From positions 1 through 55,797 of the IMG/VR virus record IMGVR_UViG_3300020202_000007: DNA of 55,797 nucleotides; one strand, written 5' to 3'. Positions 36,993 through 45,587 of the stretch are shown one piece after another. The DNA comes from a virus (lineage: Duplodnaviria > Caudoviricetes). Under the pieces are notes generated by a model. That model had not been told where the DNA came from. It did no database searches and saw nothing but the letters and a program-made list of their open reading frames with translations. The stretch's first letter is position 1. Every line of letters begins with the position of its first letter. The position numbers and the translations under genes were made by a program.

Positions 36993-37370
36993 CTACGCGG
37001 AGATCGTGACGCCCGTATTGCCCTCCATGACCTCCCAGCGGTACGTTGCCGGGGCTGTGGCCGTTGGTGCGGTGTACTCCACAGACACGAGCTGCAGTAA
37101 ATCGCTCGCATCGGCAAACCGGGCCTGCGTCTCGCCAGCGACGTTGAAGCCGTTCTCGGCGGTTACAACCACGTCCCCGCCGTCAGTCATCAGGCGGAGG
37201 ACGAAGCGGATTCCCGGCTTAGTGGGAGCCTTGAGCGTGCGCGTCTCGGCCGCAGTGGAGACCATCTCCAGGATCTGGAGGTCTTCCGTGACGCGAATCG
37301 TTCCGCCGTTGCCGGGGTCGGGCATCGACTTTGGAACGCGGAGCAAGTCGGAGTGGATTCGATGGGACAT
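36993..37370 (-). CDS. Virion protein, tail-less paralogue of 36448-36948
   Basis: Shares HRIH.DL, ETRTL..PTKPGIRFVLRL.TDGG and YRWEV.EGN. Confidence 0.85.
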   Translation of the reverse strand: MSHRIHSDLLRVPKSMPDPGNGGTIRVTEDLQILEMVSTAAETRTLKAPTKPGIRFVLRLMTDGGDVVVTAENGFNVAGETQARFADASDLLQLVSVEYTAPTATAPATYRWEVMEGNTGVTISA

Positions 37371-37405
37371 AGGAACATCCTTTTGGCAAGGAAGAGGAAA
37401 GACAC

Positions 37406-37771
37406 TTAATCGTCCGAGTCGATAATCGCCTCGATCGAGCCAGTCAGCGCGTTGCCACCCTGGGCGACGACCACCTTGATTCGCTCGCCGACAACGGGAA
37501 TCATTTCCGCCAGGTCGGTGAACGCTGCCCCATCCGCGACCTTATGGGGAATCGCCCGCGGGTAGAAGAACGCATTGCTCGTCCCCGCGTTGGCCTTCGT
37601 GAGGATGGGAATGCCTGACGTTTCTCCGGTGATCGCCAGATCCGCTCCCGTGTCGAGCGTTCCTGGCCGGTAGATAATGGCCACCAATCGACCGCGAATC
37701 TTCGATCCGAGGTACACCGTGGCATCGCCGCCGCTGTCGGTCGTGATCGCTGTTGTCAGTTTGTGAAGCAT
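37406..37771 (-). CDS. Small beta-rich structural protein
   Basis: TGATG coupling; structural operon. Confidence 0.7.
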   Translation of the reverse strand: MLHKLTTAITTDSGGDATVYLGSKIRGRLVAIIYRPGTLDTGADLAITGETSGIPILTKANAGTSNAFFYPRAIPHKVADGAAFTDLAEMIPVVGERIKVVVAQGGNALTGSIEAIIDSDD

Positions 37772-39012
37772 CAGAGATTGTCTCCGTCGAGGGTCAGGCT
37801 GCCGATCCTTGCAGACCGCGCCCAGTATTCCGAATCGAACACTCGTGATCTCCCTCCCCTGTCCGGTCCCAAACTGGTTGGGGCGGACTTGTCCAGATCA
37901 GCCCGGATCGCCAGGGGTAGCATCGCCTGAAACATTTGCGTGTGCCGGCCGTCTGTCTTCTCGTAGAAGTCGAGTTCAACAGCCGACAGGCACGCTTCGA
38001 CGATGAGTTGCGCCAGCGTCTCGCCACCCACCGGGTACTGGTTCGTGGCGTCGATCATCGTGGGACGCAAGATCATCGGGACTCTCAGGACGTAGGCCGC
38101 GTCCGGCGTGGGATGGAGCGCCAATCGCTTCCGCGATCCTGTCGTCGGGTCGAATTCAACCGTGCGCACGGAATAGAAAACGGGCCGGTCGTAGTACGGA
38201 TTGTCCTGCTGCCATGTCCGAATCGCCCTGTCATGCCGCTGCCGCACTGGCGGATAGAGGTTGTTTTGATCCGGGTAGTAGGTCAAGTCGCTGTCGTTCG
38301 CGATGGCCTCGAACGCAGCGGGAAGCTCGATTTCCGGCCTGCCAAGCTGAAAAGCACTGGCCGAGGCCACCGTGACCGAAGTATCGTCGAGCGTGATTTG
38401 CGTGTTTCCATTTCGGGTGGCGACGGAATAGTAGCTATTGCTGACCTTGAGAATTCCATCGGCCGCCCAGCTTGGGAATGTGCCGCCCGTGAGCGTCACC
38501 ACACCGGCAGCGATCGTGACCGTTCCCGTGGCGTAAGGCGCGGTCGTCGTGATGTCTTTGGTCGGTTTGAAGAAGGACCAGTCGTGCGCCGTGTAAACGT
38601 AATGCAATCCGTCCCGAATGCACTGGAGAATGTCCACGAGCTGGTCGGCCGTGAACCCGCTACGGATGCCGAACAGTTCATGCCCAACACGCTCGAGCAG
38701 GCTGTTGTAGCTGGCGACCATCCCGAAGTCGTCGGAGACCGCCGGAAGGTCGAACTCGATGTAGATCGTGTCGCCGTCATAGACGAATTCGATGTACGCC
38801 GTGTAGGCGACGCCGTACTCTGCTGAGAACGTGTACTCGTAAACGCCCGTGGCGCTGTTGGTCATGTTCGTGCCATCGGCCACGACCATCGCACTGGTGT
38901 CGTTGCGCTTGATGCCGAACGTGCCCGTGGGATCAGACAGCTTGGCCGACGTGACGTTGGTGGGCGTGCTGCCGACCTTGAACGTCTGCGAGATGGTTCG
39001 TGAAACGGGCAT
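37771..39012 (-). CDS. Putative head-tail adaptor / tail tubular protein A with inserted beta domains
   Basis: HDWSFFK..., LALHPTPDAAYVL; position after the capsid genes. Confidence 0.6.
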   Translation of the reverse strand: MPVSRTISQTFKVGSTPTNVTSAKLSDPTGTFGIKRNDTSAMVVADGTNMTNSATGVYEYTFSAEYGVAYTAYIEFVYDGDTIYIEFDLPAVSDDFGMVASYNSLLERVGHELFGIRSGFTADQLVDILQCIRDGLHYVYTAHDWSFFKPTKDITTTAPYATGTVTIAAGVVTLTGGTFPSWAADGILKVSNSYYSVATRNGNTQITLDDTSVTVASASAFQLGRPEIELPAAFEAIANDSDLTYYPDQNNLYPPVRQRHDRAIRTWQQDNPYYDRPVFYSVRTVEFDPTTGSRKRLALHPTPDAAYVLRVPMILRPTMIDATNQYPVGGETLAQLIVEACLSAVELDFYEKTDGRHTQMFQAMLPLAIRADLDKSAPTSLGPDRGGRSRVFDSEYWARSARIGSLTLDGDNL

Positions 39013-39734
39013 CAGCTAACCTCTGTTTCCTCGAACGTGTAGGTAAAACTGCCGACCGAGACGGGAACCACTCTGATCTCACGCGAACTATCCACGTTCA
39101 CGCCGGGCGGACCGCGAGTGAAACACCGCCCCTCGACAATGATGACCGCCCCTTCGCCGCTGGGGCTCGTGCTGGGGGAAGTCGAGATACTAAACGACGG
39201 CGAAGGGCTGGCTGACGGCGAGGACGATACGGATGCGCTGGGACTGGTGCTCGGCGATGCGCTGACGCTGGCGGAAGGCGAACTGGACGGCGTTCCCGAC
39301 ACCGACGCCGAAGGCGAGGAGCTAACAGATGCGCTTGGCGATGCCGAGGCGCTGGCGGATGGCGACGTGGACGGCGAGGCGGATGCTGAGCTCGAAGGCG
39401 ATGTCGATGGAGAACTGCTTACGCTGACGCTCGGTGAGGCGGAGGCGCTCGCCGATGGCGAGGAGCTTGGCGTGGCGCTGGCCGAAGCGCTTGGTGAAGC
39501 GCTGGGCGAGGAGGAAGGGGACGGCGATGCGGACGGTGAGCTTGAAAGGGAACTGCTTGGCGATGCGGATGGAGACGCTGACGGAGACGCACTAGCCGAA
39601 GCCGAAGGGCTGGAAGAGGGGCTGCTGCTGGCGCTCGTTGACGGGCTGAGGGATGGCGATGATGACGGCGACGAACCACCAGCCGCTGGCAGGGCGCTGA
39701 TCGGCAGTTCGGAAATTGCACCAAAACCAAGCAT
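39012..39734 (-). CDS. Mucin-like Ser/Pro/Ala-rich protein (240 aa) with short globular termini
   Basis: N-terminus MLGFGAISELPISALP, then about 170 aa of SPS/SAS repeats, then a non-repetitive C-terminus. Confidence 0.8.
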   Translation of the reverse strand: MLGFGAISELPISALPAAGGSSPSSSPSLSPSTSASSSPSSSPSASASASPSASPSASPSSSLSSSPSASPSPSSSPSASPSASASATPSSSPSASASASPSVSVSSSPSTSPSSSASASPSTSPSASASASPSASVSSSPSASVSGTPSSSPSASVSASPSTSPSASVSSSPSASPSPSFSISTSPSTSPSGEGAVIIVEGRCFTRGPPGVNVDSSREIRVVPVSVGSFTYTFEETEVS

Positions 39735-39832
39735 GTCAGCCGCTTATAGGGTTTTCGCTGATGGCTCCCCTGCCATCGTCGGTGTGCATCCACGCCAGTA
39801 GTCGCTCTATCAACCGCCGGTCTCGAATCCCA

Positions 39833-40192
39833 CTAATCCAGGCCAGCGATGCGAAAGGCGACGGCAGCAAACCGTGCAACCTCCTCCCGCGTGAACGGGT
39901 CATTCGTCTCATTGATCTTGCTCAGCATGTCAGCCCGATTTCGGAACGCAGCGTAAAACAGGGCATCAGGGTTGACTGTTGCAGCAATGCCATTTTGAGT
40001 AAGTGTCCCGCCGTCCATGCGGAACTGAGCGCTATTCGTGTTGTAGGCGGCAATCAGGCCGGCATTGGTCAGCTCATCAAATTGCAGTTCGTACGCTGTG
40101 CCCGCTGGCGGCACTAGGTTTTGTTTTTCCTCGATGTAGTTGGCGAAGAATTGTGTAATGTCGCCGGCTGCGTTGGCTCGAAACCTGGCCAT
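39833..40192 (-). CDS. Hypothetical protein, paralogue of 40202-40606
   Basis: FDELTNAGLI...GGTLTQNG; AGGAG RBS. Confidence 0.7.
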   Translation of the reverse strand: MARFRANAAGDITQFFANYIEEKQNLVPPAGTAYELQFDELTNAGLIAAYNTNSAQFRMDGGTLTQNGIAATVNPDALFYAAFRNRADMLSKINETNDPFTREEVARFAAVAFRIAGLD

Positions 40193-40201
40193 GCTCTGCT
40201 C

Positions 40202-40606
40202 CTATAGGACTTTGCGAATTAGGCGGACGAGAAGCGGGATGATTCGGTTGTTTTGCTGGGTGAGTGCCCTCACTTGAGCCGCCACCTGCGCGTTCGTAGG
40301 ATTGCTGATTGCCAGATAGGTGCCGTTCGTGGCCACCGCGTTATCGGCTGCGTTTAGGAGTCCGTCGCGGTCCTGCTTGGGCTGCCCGTCAGATTGAACC
40401 GCGACGTTTACGCCGTTCTTCTGTAACTGCCCACCGGCAATTGCATAGGCGTTGTGGTTGCGGTCGAAATCGCTCAGCAGGGCCGCATTTGTCTCGGCGT
40501 CGAACGGGACCACGGCAGCGCCACCGGGGACCGGCTGAAGCGATTCCTCAAAATCGGTGCGCAAAAGCCCGATTGATTGACCAGCGACCTGGAAAAACTT
40601 AGCCAT
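40202..40606 (-). CDS. Hypothetical protein (possible fibre chaperone)
   Basis: FDAETNAALL...GGQLQKNG; start MAKFF at 40606. Confidence 0.7.
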   Translation of the reverse strand: MAKFFQVAGQSIGLLRTDFEESLQPVPGGAAVVPFDAETNAALLSDFDRNHNAYAIAGGQLQKNGVNVAVQSDGQPKQDRDGLLNAADNAVATNGTYLAISNPTNAQVAAQVRALTQQNNRIIPLLVRLIRKVL

Positions 40607-41604
40607 CACTCTTCCTTCCAACTGAGCAGCGTCATGCCAATTGCTGAACCAAATGGATCAATAAAAAACCCAACCTCATCGGCCGTCAAAAAGTCCGTCC
40701 GACCGATGCTGTGCTGCTGGAGCCAATGCTGCCCATCGCAGGACACCCACGTCTTTCGATTTGTCCCATCGTCCCCAATTCTCAGCCAATAGAGTCCCGC
40801 TATTAGCCCTTTAGAATTTGATGTGCTGTACGCGGCGCTGAACGTCGTCGCGTTAGTCATCTTCTTATTCCAGAAATAAAAATCAGCGCCAGCGCCACCA
40901 GGCGCTGGGCCTACGGCTACAACCTTGCCGTCCGACGACTGGCGAAAGCAAAGCCCGCAGTGGGACAGCCCGAGTGCAGGCGCGTCATCGTGAAAGCGAA
41001 AGCAGGCTGTAATCGTGTAGGGAGTCGCAGGGGCTGCCTTCTTGCGGATGTTAAGGCCGTAAGTTCCTCCGTTTGAGTCGTTTGAAAGGTGAACGCCGCC
41101 GTTCGTCGTGTCGATGGTGGCCGAGTCCTGGTTGATCCAGGCGAAGTCACCACTGACTGGCGCGGTGAACGGGAAGATAGGCCCCCACGGGACGAGGGCG
41201 GAACCTGTGTCGCGGTAGATGCTGAAACCGTTGCTTGGGAGCAGGAGGCGGCCCGCCTGAGCGGCAGCCATGTTGGCGACCGTGTTCGTGGGATGAAGAT
41301 ACTGGGCGGCAAAATCAGCCGGCAGCGTGAGAAACACGTCCTTGGTTCCCGCGGACAGGTTCACCGCCGCGCCCGCATTGCTGCTGGCCAGAATCGTCGT
41401 GCGGGCGAGCGTCGTACCGCTCGCGGTGTATGTGCCAATTCCGACTTCCCACTCCGTCCCGCCGACGATTGTGTAGAAGCAGGTGTTGCCATTGCCGACG
41501 ACGCTGAAATCACGGAAGCCGCTCGCCGCGCCGGCCAAGGTCAGTGTGCCCGTGCCTGTCGTGGTAGTGGTCTCTTTAACGCGGTCGTAAAGCAGCGGTC
41601 CCAT
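40606..41604 (-). CDS. Fibre/spike protein with a C-terminal lectin-like beta-sandwich
   Basis: N-terminus DRVKETTTTTGTGTLTLAGA...WEVGIGTY is a common phage fibre anchor. C-terminus YWLRIGDDG...SCDG..W. Confidence 0.7.
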   Translation of the reverse strand: MGPLLYDRVKETTTTTGTGTLTLAGAASGFRDFSVVGNGNTCFYTIVGGTEWEVGIGTYTASGTTLARTTILASSNAGAAVNLSAGTKDVFLTLPADFAAQYLHPTNTVANMAAAQAGRLLLPSNGFSIYRDTGSALVPWGPIFPFTAPVSGDFAWINQDSATIDTTNGGVHLSNDSNGGTYGLNIRKKAAPATPYTITACFRFHDDAPALGLSHCGLCFRQSSDGKVVAVGPAPGGAGADFYFWNKKMTNATTFSAAYSTSNSKGLIAGLYWLRIGDDGTNRKTWVSCDGQHWLQQHSIGRTDFLTADEVGFFIDPFGSAIGMTLLSWKEE

Positions 41605-41677
41605 AGTTTATCCCGCGGTGCAAGGCAGAGTATCTCCGCGGAATTATGCTCCGCGGAGGTGATTTACTATCCAATGA

Positions 41678-42523
41678 CTACAGGAGCTGCGCTGCGCCCC
41701 ACCAGTCGAGTTTCAGGTTCAGTGCCGTGTCCGCGGACTGCGCCTTGGCTCCGATGATCGGCGCCAGGAGTACGTCACCGGGGAACGTCGCCGCGTCAAT
41801 CTCCGCCGCGGTCAGACGCGCCGGGGCGAGGTTTCCTCCGGGGAGCACGCCGTCCACGAACCACTCAACCTTCTTCGGGTGGGCGCGGAAGCGGAAGCCC
41901 ATCCTGATGTACGTGTTGGCCACGCACGTCGCGATGTCGTTCAGCTTCGTCTTCGTCGCACCGTCCTGGTACGTCTGTCCATCCGCCTTGTAAGCCCCGT
42001 GAAAGGCCGCTCCTTCAGCGGCCAAATGGACGAGGCCAAGGAAGTTCTTGTCGGCCAAGGCCCCGCCATCCGTGAACAGGCCGTCAGTGGCGCCCATACT
42101 CACTTCCCCGAGGCCGAGTCCGATGTCCCACTTCGCCGCCGTGATCGCCGACAGGCTGAACCGGGCTTCGAACACGAGGTCTTTGTCCGCCAGCTTGAAC
42201 GGGGCTGCGAGCCCGCGACCCCACTGGAGGACCGCTTCGTCGTTGTCGGCGTTCCCGTCGAGGGCCAACTGAACAAGTCCCTTCTCGGTCGCCGTGTCGG
42301 CGATCTGCTCGACCGTGCAGCCGGCAGACTCCAGGATCAGGTACGGTCCTTCCAGTGTCGAAGCCTGGAACGAATGGAAGTTGTCAAAAAACCCGAAGGC
42401 GGGATTCCCGCTGGGAGTCGTCCAATGAGTGCCGAGTGGCCCCATCGAAGCCGGCGGCGCAAAACTCCTCCACAGACGACCGGAAGGAAGTCTGGAATCG
42501 AAATCGTCGAACGTCAGAAGCAT
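41678..42523 (-). CDS. Putative minor capsid / decoration protein
   Basis: Directly after the capsid gene; beta-sandwich-like (FFDNF...LKLDWW). Confidence 0.55.
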   Translation of the reverse strand: MLLTFDDFDSRLPSGRLWRSFAPPASMGPLGTHWTTPSGNPAFGFFDNFHSFQASTLEGPYLILESAGCTVEQIADTATEKGLVQLALDGNADNDEAVLQWGRGLAAPFKLADKDLVFEARFSLSAITAAKWDIGLGLGEVSMGATDGLFTDGGALADKNFLGLVHLAAEGAAFHGAYKADGQTYQDGATKTKLNDIATCVANTYIRMGFRFRAHPKKVEWFVDGVLPGGNLAPARLTAAEIDAATFPGDVLLAPIIGAKAQSADTALNLKLDWWGAAQLL

Positions 42524-42650
42524 CGTTCATTCCTTTTGGTTAGCGGGAGTGTCCCAGCCAAGGGTGGGCGTTTTCCCTGAAGTAAAATGGGGCTCTTGTT
42601 TTCCGTCGCGCCCCTTTTTACGACGCTACGGCCGTACTTCAGGAGTACGG

Positions 42651-43769
42651 CTACGCGGTTTCGGTCACGGTTGCGGTGCAGTAGCCGCGGAAGTTGGCCC
42701 GGCGGTTGAAGCACACGAGTTGCACCGAGTCGTCCATGCAGCGGACGCGGACGTTGCTCATCTCGGGGTGCTGGAATGCCTTGCGCTTCCGCATCACGCG
42801 GCCCGCAGCGCGATAGCACTTGAACGTCGCCCAGTTGACGCCCAGGATGATCCCGTCCGTGCGGGCGTTTTCCGAAGAGGCGTTCGTCCAAGCGGGAACC
42901 CAGTTCAGAGGAACGCCACGGATGTAAACCGATCCGCTGTGCGCCGCCATGTCATCGCCGATATTGTCGTTGCCCAATTGAAGCAAGCGACGCGCTTGAG
43001 CCAATCGCGAATGCGTGGTCAACAGCTCCCAGTTCGGCTTGCCCTGCGCCACGATGTCGGGACGCTGGACCGGGGGCTCGAATTGACAGAGGTCCATCGA
43101 GTTGATGACCTTCTCCACGAAGTCGTCGCGATCAACGACCGTGTAGGGGAACGTGCGGTTCCGCCACTGGTCATAGGTCGCACAGGAAATCCCGCCGACG
43201 CCGTTCGACCCCCAGCCCACGGGCTCGAATCCGTCGAAGCCCTCTTCGGAGTTGTTCTCCGTCGTGCTGTCGTCCGTGGCAGTGATCCACCACAGCAGCG
43301 AGACGGGCGGGAAGGGCGATTGTGTCGGGCTGGAAGGACCAGGCCCGAACATCAGGTCTTCCATGCCGGTGTAGAACGACGTCATCAGGTCGCGCTCCAG
43401 CGACTCCATGTAGTCGTAAATCTGCCGGCCGCCGGTGCGGAAAATCTCCTCGTCGATGTCGTAGTGGTAGTTGTTGGTCGTCAGACCCCACTTCAGCGAG
43501 CCTTCGTCGAGGACGTTCACGCGGTTCGAGGAATCGCGGTGGTACAGCCCGACGACCTGAAAATTGTCGTTGGTCCGCACCTTGAGTTTCCACTTGCACT
43601 GCGACGTAGACATCGTGTCCTTCGCAATGTTCTTGTCGAACAGCCGCGATGCGTACTTGTAGCTTTGCAGCGGCAGGGAAATGTCCTGCGCCGCCAGCCT
43701 GTTCTCACCGGCAAACTTCTGGTGAATCGAGGCTACAAAGTCATCAATCTGTTCAATGCCGAGTGCCAT
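42651..43769 (-). CDS. Major capsid protein
   Basis: 372 aa; follows the portal and acidic scaffold; GGISCATYDQWRN motif; AAAGGA RBS. Confidence 0.75.
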   Translation of the reverse strand: MALGIEQIDDFVASIHQKFAGENRLAAQDISLPLQSYKYASRLFDKNIAKDTMSTSQCKWKLKVRTNDNFQVVGLYHRDSSNRVNVLDEGSLKWGLTTNNYHYDIDEEIFRTGGRQIYDYMESLERDLMTSFYTGMEDLMFGPGPSSPTQSPFPPVSLLWWITATDDSTTENNSEEGFDGFEPVGWGSNGVGGISCATYDQWRNRTFPYTVVDRDDFVEKVINSMDLCQFEPPVQRPDIVAQGKPNWELLTTHSRLAQARRLLQLGNDNIGDDMAAHSGSVYIRGVPLNWVPAWTNASSENARTDGIILGVNWATFKCYRAAGRVMRKRKAFQHPEMSNVRVRCMDDSVQLVCFNRRANFRGYCTATVTETA

Positions 43770-43785
43770 GAAGCGGGTCCTTTAA

Positions 43786-44781
43786 CTATGCCCCGGCAAG
43801 TTCCCTGTAGAGCCGATCGGCTTCGTCCCGTGGGTCTTCCCGCGGGTCTTGCGGGCGAGTCGCCCCGCCGCCCTGCCGTCCGTTGCTCTGCCTGGAAATC
43901 TTGCGGGTTCTGTTTTTGAGGTCTTTCTTGCCGAGATCTTCCGCGAAGACCATGCGGGCCACGCGGTTGACTAGCGATTCATTGAGTTCAGTCGGCCGTC
44001 CCAGTTGCGCCAGACCGATCAGTTGGGCTTTCACCGCAACATGCAGGTCTTTCCGCCGCTGAAGCTGCTTGGCGTCCTCCGCATCGGTCTTCCCGAACAG
44101 GTCGGCATGACCGAGCGAATCCACCAGGCTGTCGAAGTGCCTCTCCTCCGCCGCGGCGTCGGCGGCGGCGAGGCGCTCGTCGAGCGCGGCGAACCGCGCT
44201 TCATAAGCGTCCAAGCGAGTTTCGTAGTGGTCACGCAATCGCGTGAGTTCACCCACGATGTCCTCGTCGTACGCCTCCTTGAACTTCGGACTGATCTCAA
44301 ACCGTCCGTCCTTTGCCTCTTCAGGCTTTTGGTCGGCCTTGGGCTTCTTCTCGAACTGGCCCCTCTCGTTGCGAGGCTGGCCTTTGTCGTCTTCCGACTC
44401 AGCCAGCGCCTTGCGTCCCGCTTCGAGTGCCTTCTTGTCGAAAAGTCGCAGCGCCCGTTCCAACTCCTCGCGGCTGGCGAAATCGGCAAGCTCCGATTCC
44501 TCAAGACCAATCGCGGCTGCCTCGGCTTTTAGTCCCGCGTCTAACCAGGACTCCTCACCGGCTTTCTCGCCTTCCTCGGCGGCTTCATCGCCGGACTTTT
44601 TCTCGGCGAGTGTTTCTTTGGCCCCTTCGGGCTTGTGTTCGTTGTCGGCGTGCTCGGAAGTGATCCGGGCGTCGCCCTTCTCTTCTCCGGCGCGATCCGC
44701 TTCCACTTCCTTGACGACCTGCTCGGCGTACTCCTTCACGTCTTCGGTCGTGCTGTCGGCGGTAAGTTCTTCGAGTGCCAT
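43786..44781 (-). CDS. Putative scaffolding protein
   Basis: Acidic and helical, with PRNERGQF; immediately upstream of the capsid gene. Confidence 0.65.
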   Translation of the reverse strand: MALEELTADSTTEDVKEYAEQVVKEVEADRAGEEKGDARITSEHADNEHKPEGAKETLAEKKSGDEAAEEGEKAGEESWLDAGLKAEAAAIGLEESELADFASREELERALRLFDKKALEAGRKALAESEDDKGQPRNERGQFEKKPKADQKPEEAKDGRFEISPKFKEAYDEDIVGELTRLRDHYETRLDAYEARFAALDERLAAADAAAEERHFDSLVDSLGHADLFGKTDAEDAKQLQRRKDLHVAVKAQLIGLAQLGRPTELNESLVNRVARMVFAEDLGKKDLKNRTRKISRQSNGRQGGGATRPQDPREDPRDEADRLYRELAGA

Positions 44782-44785
44782 CGAA

Positions 44786-45067
44786 TTATCTCTTTCTGAC
44801 TGAGAAGCCAACCCGGCATCCGCCCTCTAGCCCTGAAAGGACATGACCGCGCGGCGCAATCGGCATGCGAGCCTCTTCGGCGTTGACAGCAACGCATGGG
44901 CTGTTCAAGTCCAGCCCGTGAGGAAGTCCGATAAACCTCATTGGCACGCCACAGTCGGCGCACTTGATGCGCACATCGGCCATCCAGCGATAAGGATCGC
45001 CGCCCTCTTCGGAGGTGATGCGGTTGACATCGACCTCGGCTTCAAAATTTAAGTGCTCGCACATCAT
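44786..45067 (-). CDS. Hypothetical protein (CADC)
   Basis: Coupled ORF. Confidence 0.65.
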   Translation of the reverse strand: MMCEHLNFEAEVDVNRITSEEGGDPYRWMADVRIKCADCGVPMRFIGLPHGLDLNSPCVAVNAEEARMPIAPRGHVLSGLEGGCRVGFSVRKR

Positions 45068-45261
45068 CCACCAGGGTTTAGCTTGGCCCGCACGGCCGCA
45101 TCCTTTGCCTCAAGCAACTTCCTCAAGGCCACGGTCCTCTCTGGCCCAGCCTCCACGCTGGCACACAGGCTGGCGGCCAACTCACCAAACGGCTTCGACA
45201 CCTCCTGAAGGTGCGCGGGAAGGTGGGTGTATTCAAACCACTTCAGCATTCGCTCGTTCAT
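45064..45261 (-). CDS. Small conserved phage protein
   Basis: FEYTHLPAHLQEVSKPF...ALRKLLEAKDAAVRA. Confidence 0.75.
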   Translation of the reverse strand: MNERMLKWFEYTHLPAHLQEVSKPFGELAASLCASVEAGPERTVALRKLLEAKDAAVRAKLNPGG

Positions 45262-45272
45262 TGATCACTCTC

Positions 45273-45587
45273 CTAGTCTGAGTACCCGGCGTCCGAATCC
45301 ACCAACCCGCGAACCGCCAGCAGTTCCTTGCGCCCGCGGCGGCTGGTGATTTCGAGTTGCCCGTTGTCTTTGACCGCCACGCCCTGAATGTTGTGCCGGC
45401 GAATCGTTTTCCGCAGTTCTGGAACCTGCGATTTCATGCAGCCCAGTCCGTCCGAAACGAGCGGGTCGTGCGCGGTGTACGTGTTCGCCGTCATCGGGGG
45501 ACCGTCGAGCCAGTCCGACTTGGCGCCGGCGCGGAATTCCTCCGCGGTGACTTCGCGGCCGTTCAGCGTGTAAACGGTCTTGCTCAT
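45273..45587 (-). CDS. Hypothetical protein downstream of the portal
   Basis: ATGA overlap with the portal stop. Confidence 0.7.
   Translation of the reverse strand: MSKTVYTLNGREVTAEEFRAGAKSDWLDGPPMTANTYTAHDPLVSDGLGCMKSQVPELRKTIRRHNIQGVAVKDNGQLEITSRRGRKELLAVRGLVDSDAGYSD

Noticed and set aside
29957-39734. CRISPR array or DGR template among the repeats
   Set aside because: The repeats are degenerate codon-level repeats without a constant repeat-spacer period, and no cas or reverse transcriptase gene is seen.
39118-39801. + strand acidic repeat ORF (227 aa)
   Set aside because: Antisense shadow of the Ser-rich gene 39012-39734.
42429-43919. 496-aa + strand ORF over the capsid gene, and similar ones over portal and terL
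   Set aside because: Antisense shadows with no motifs or RBS.
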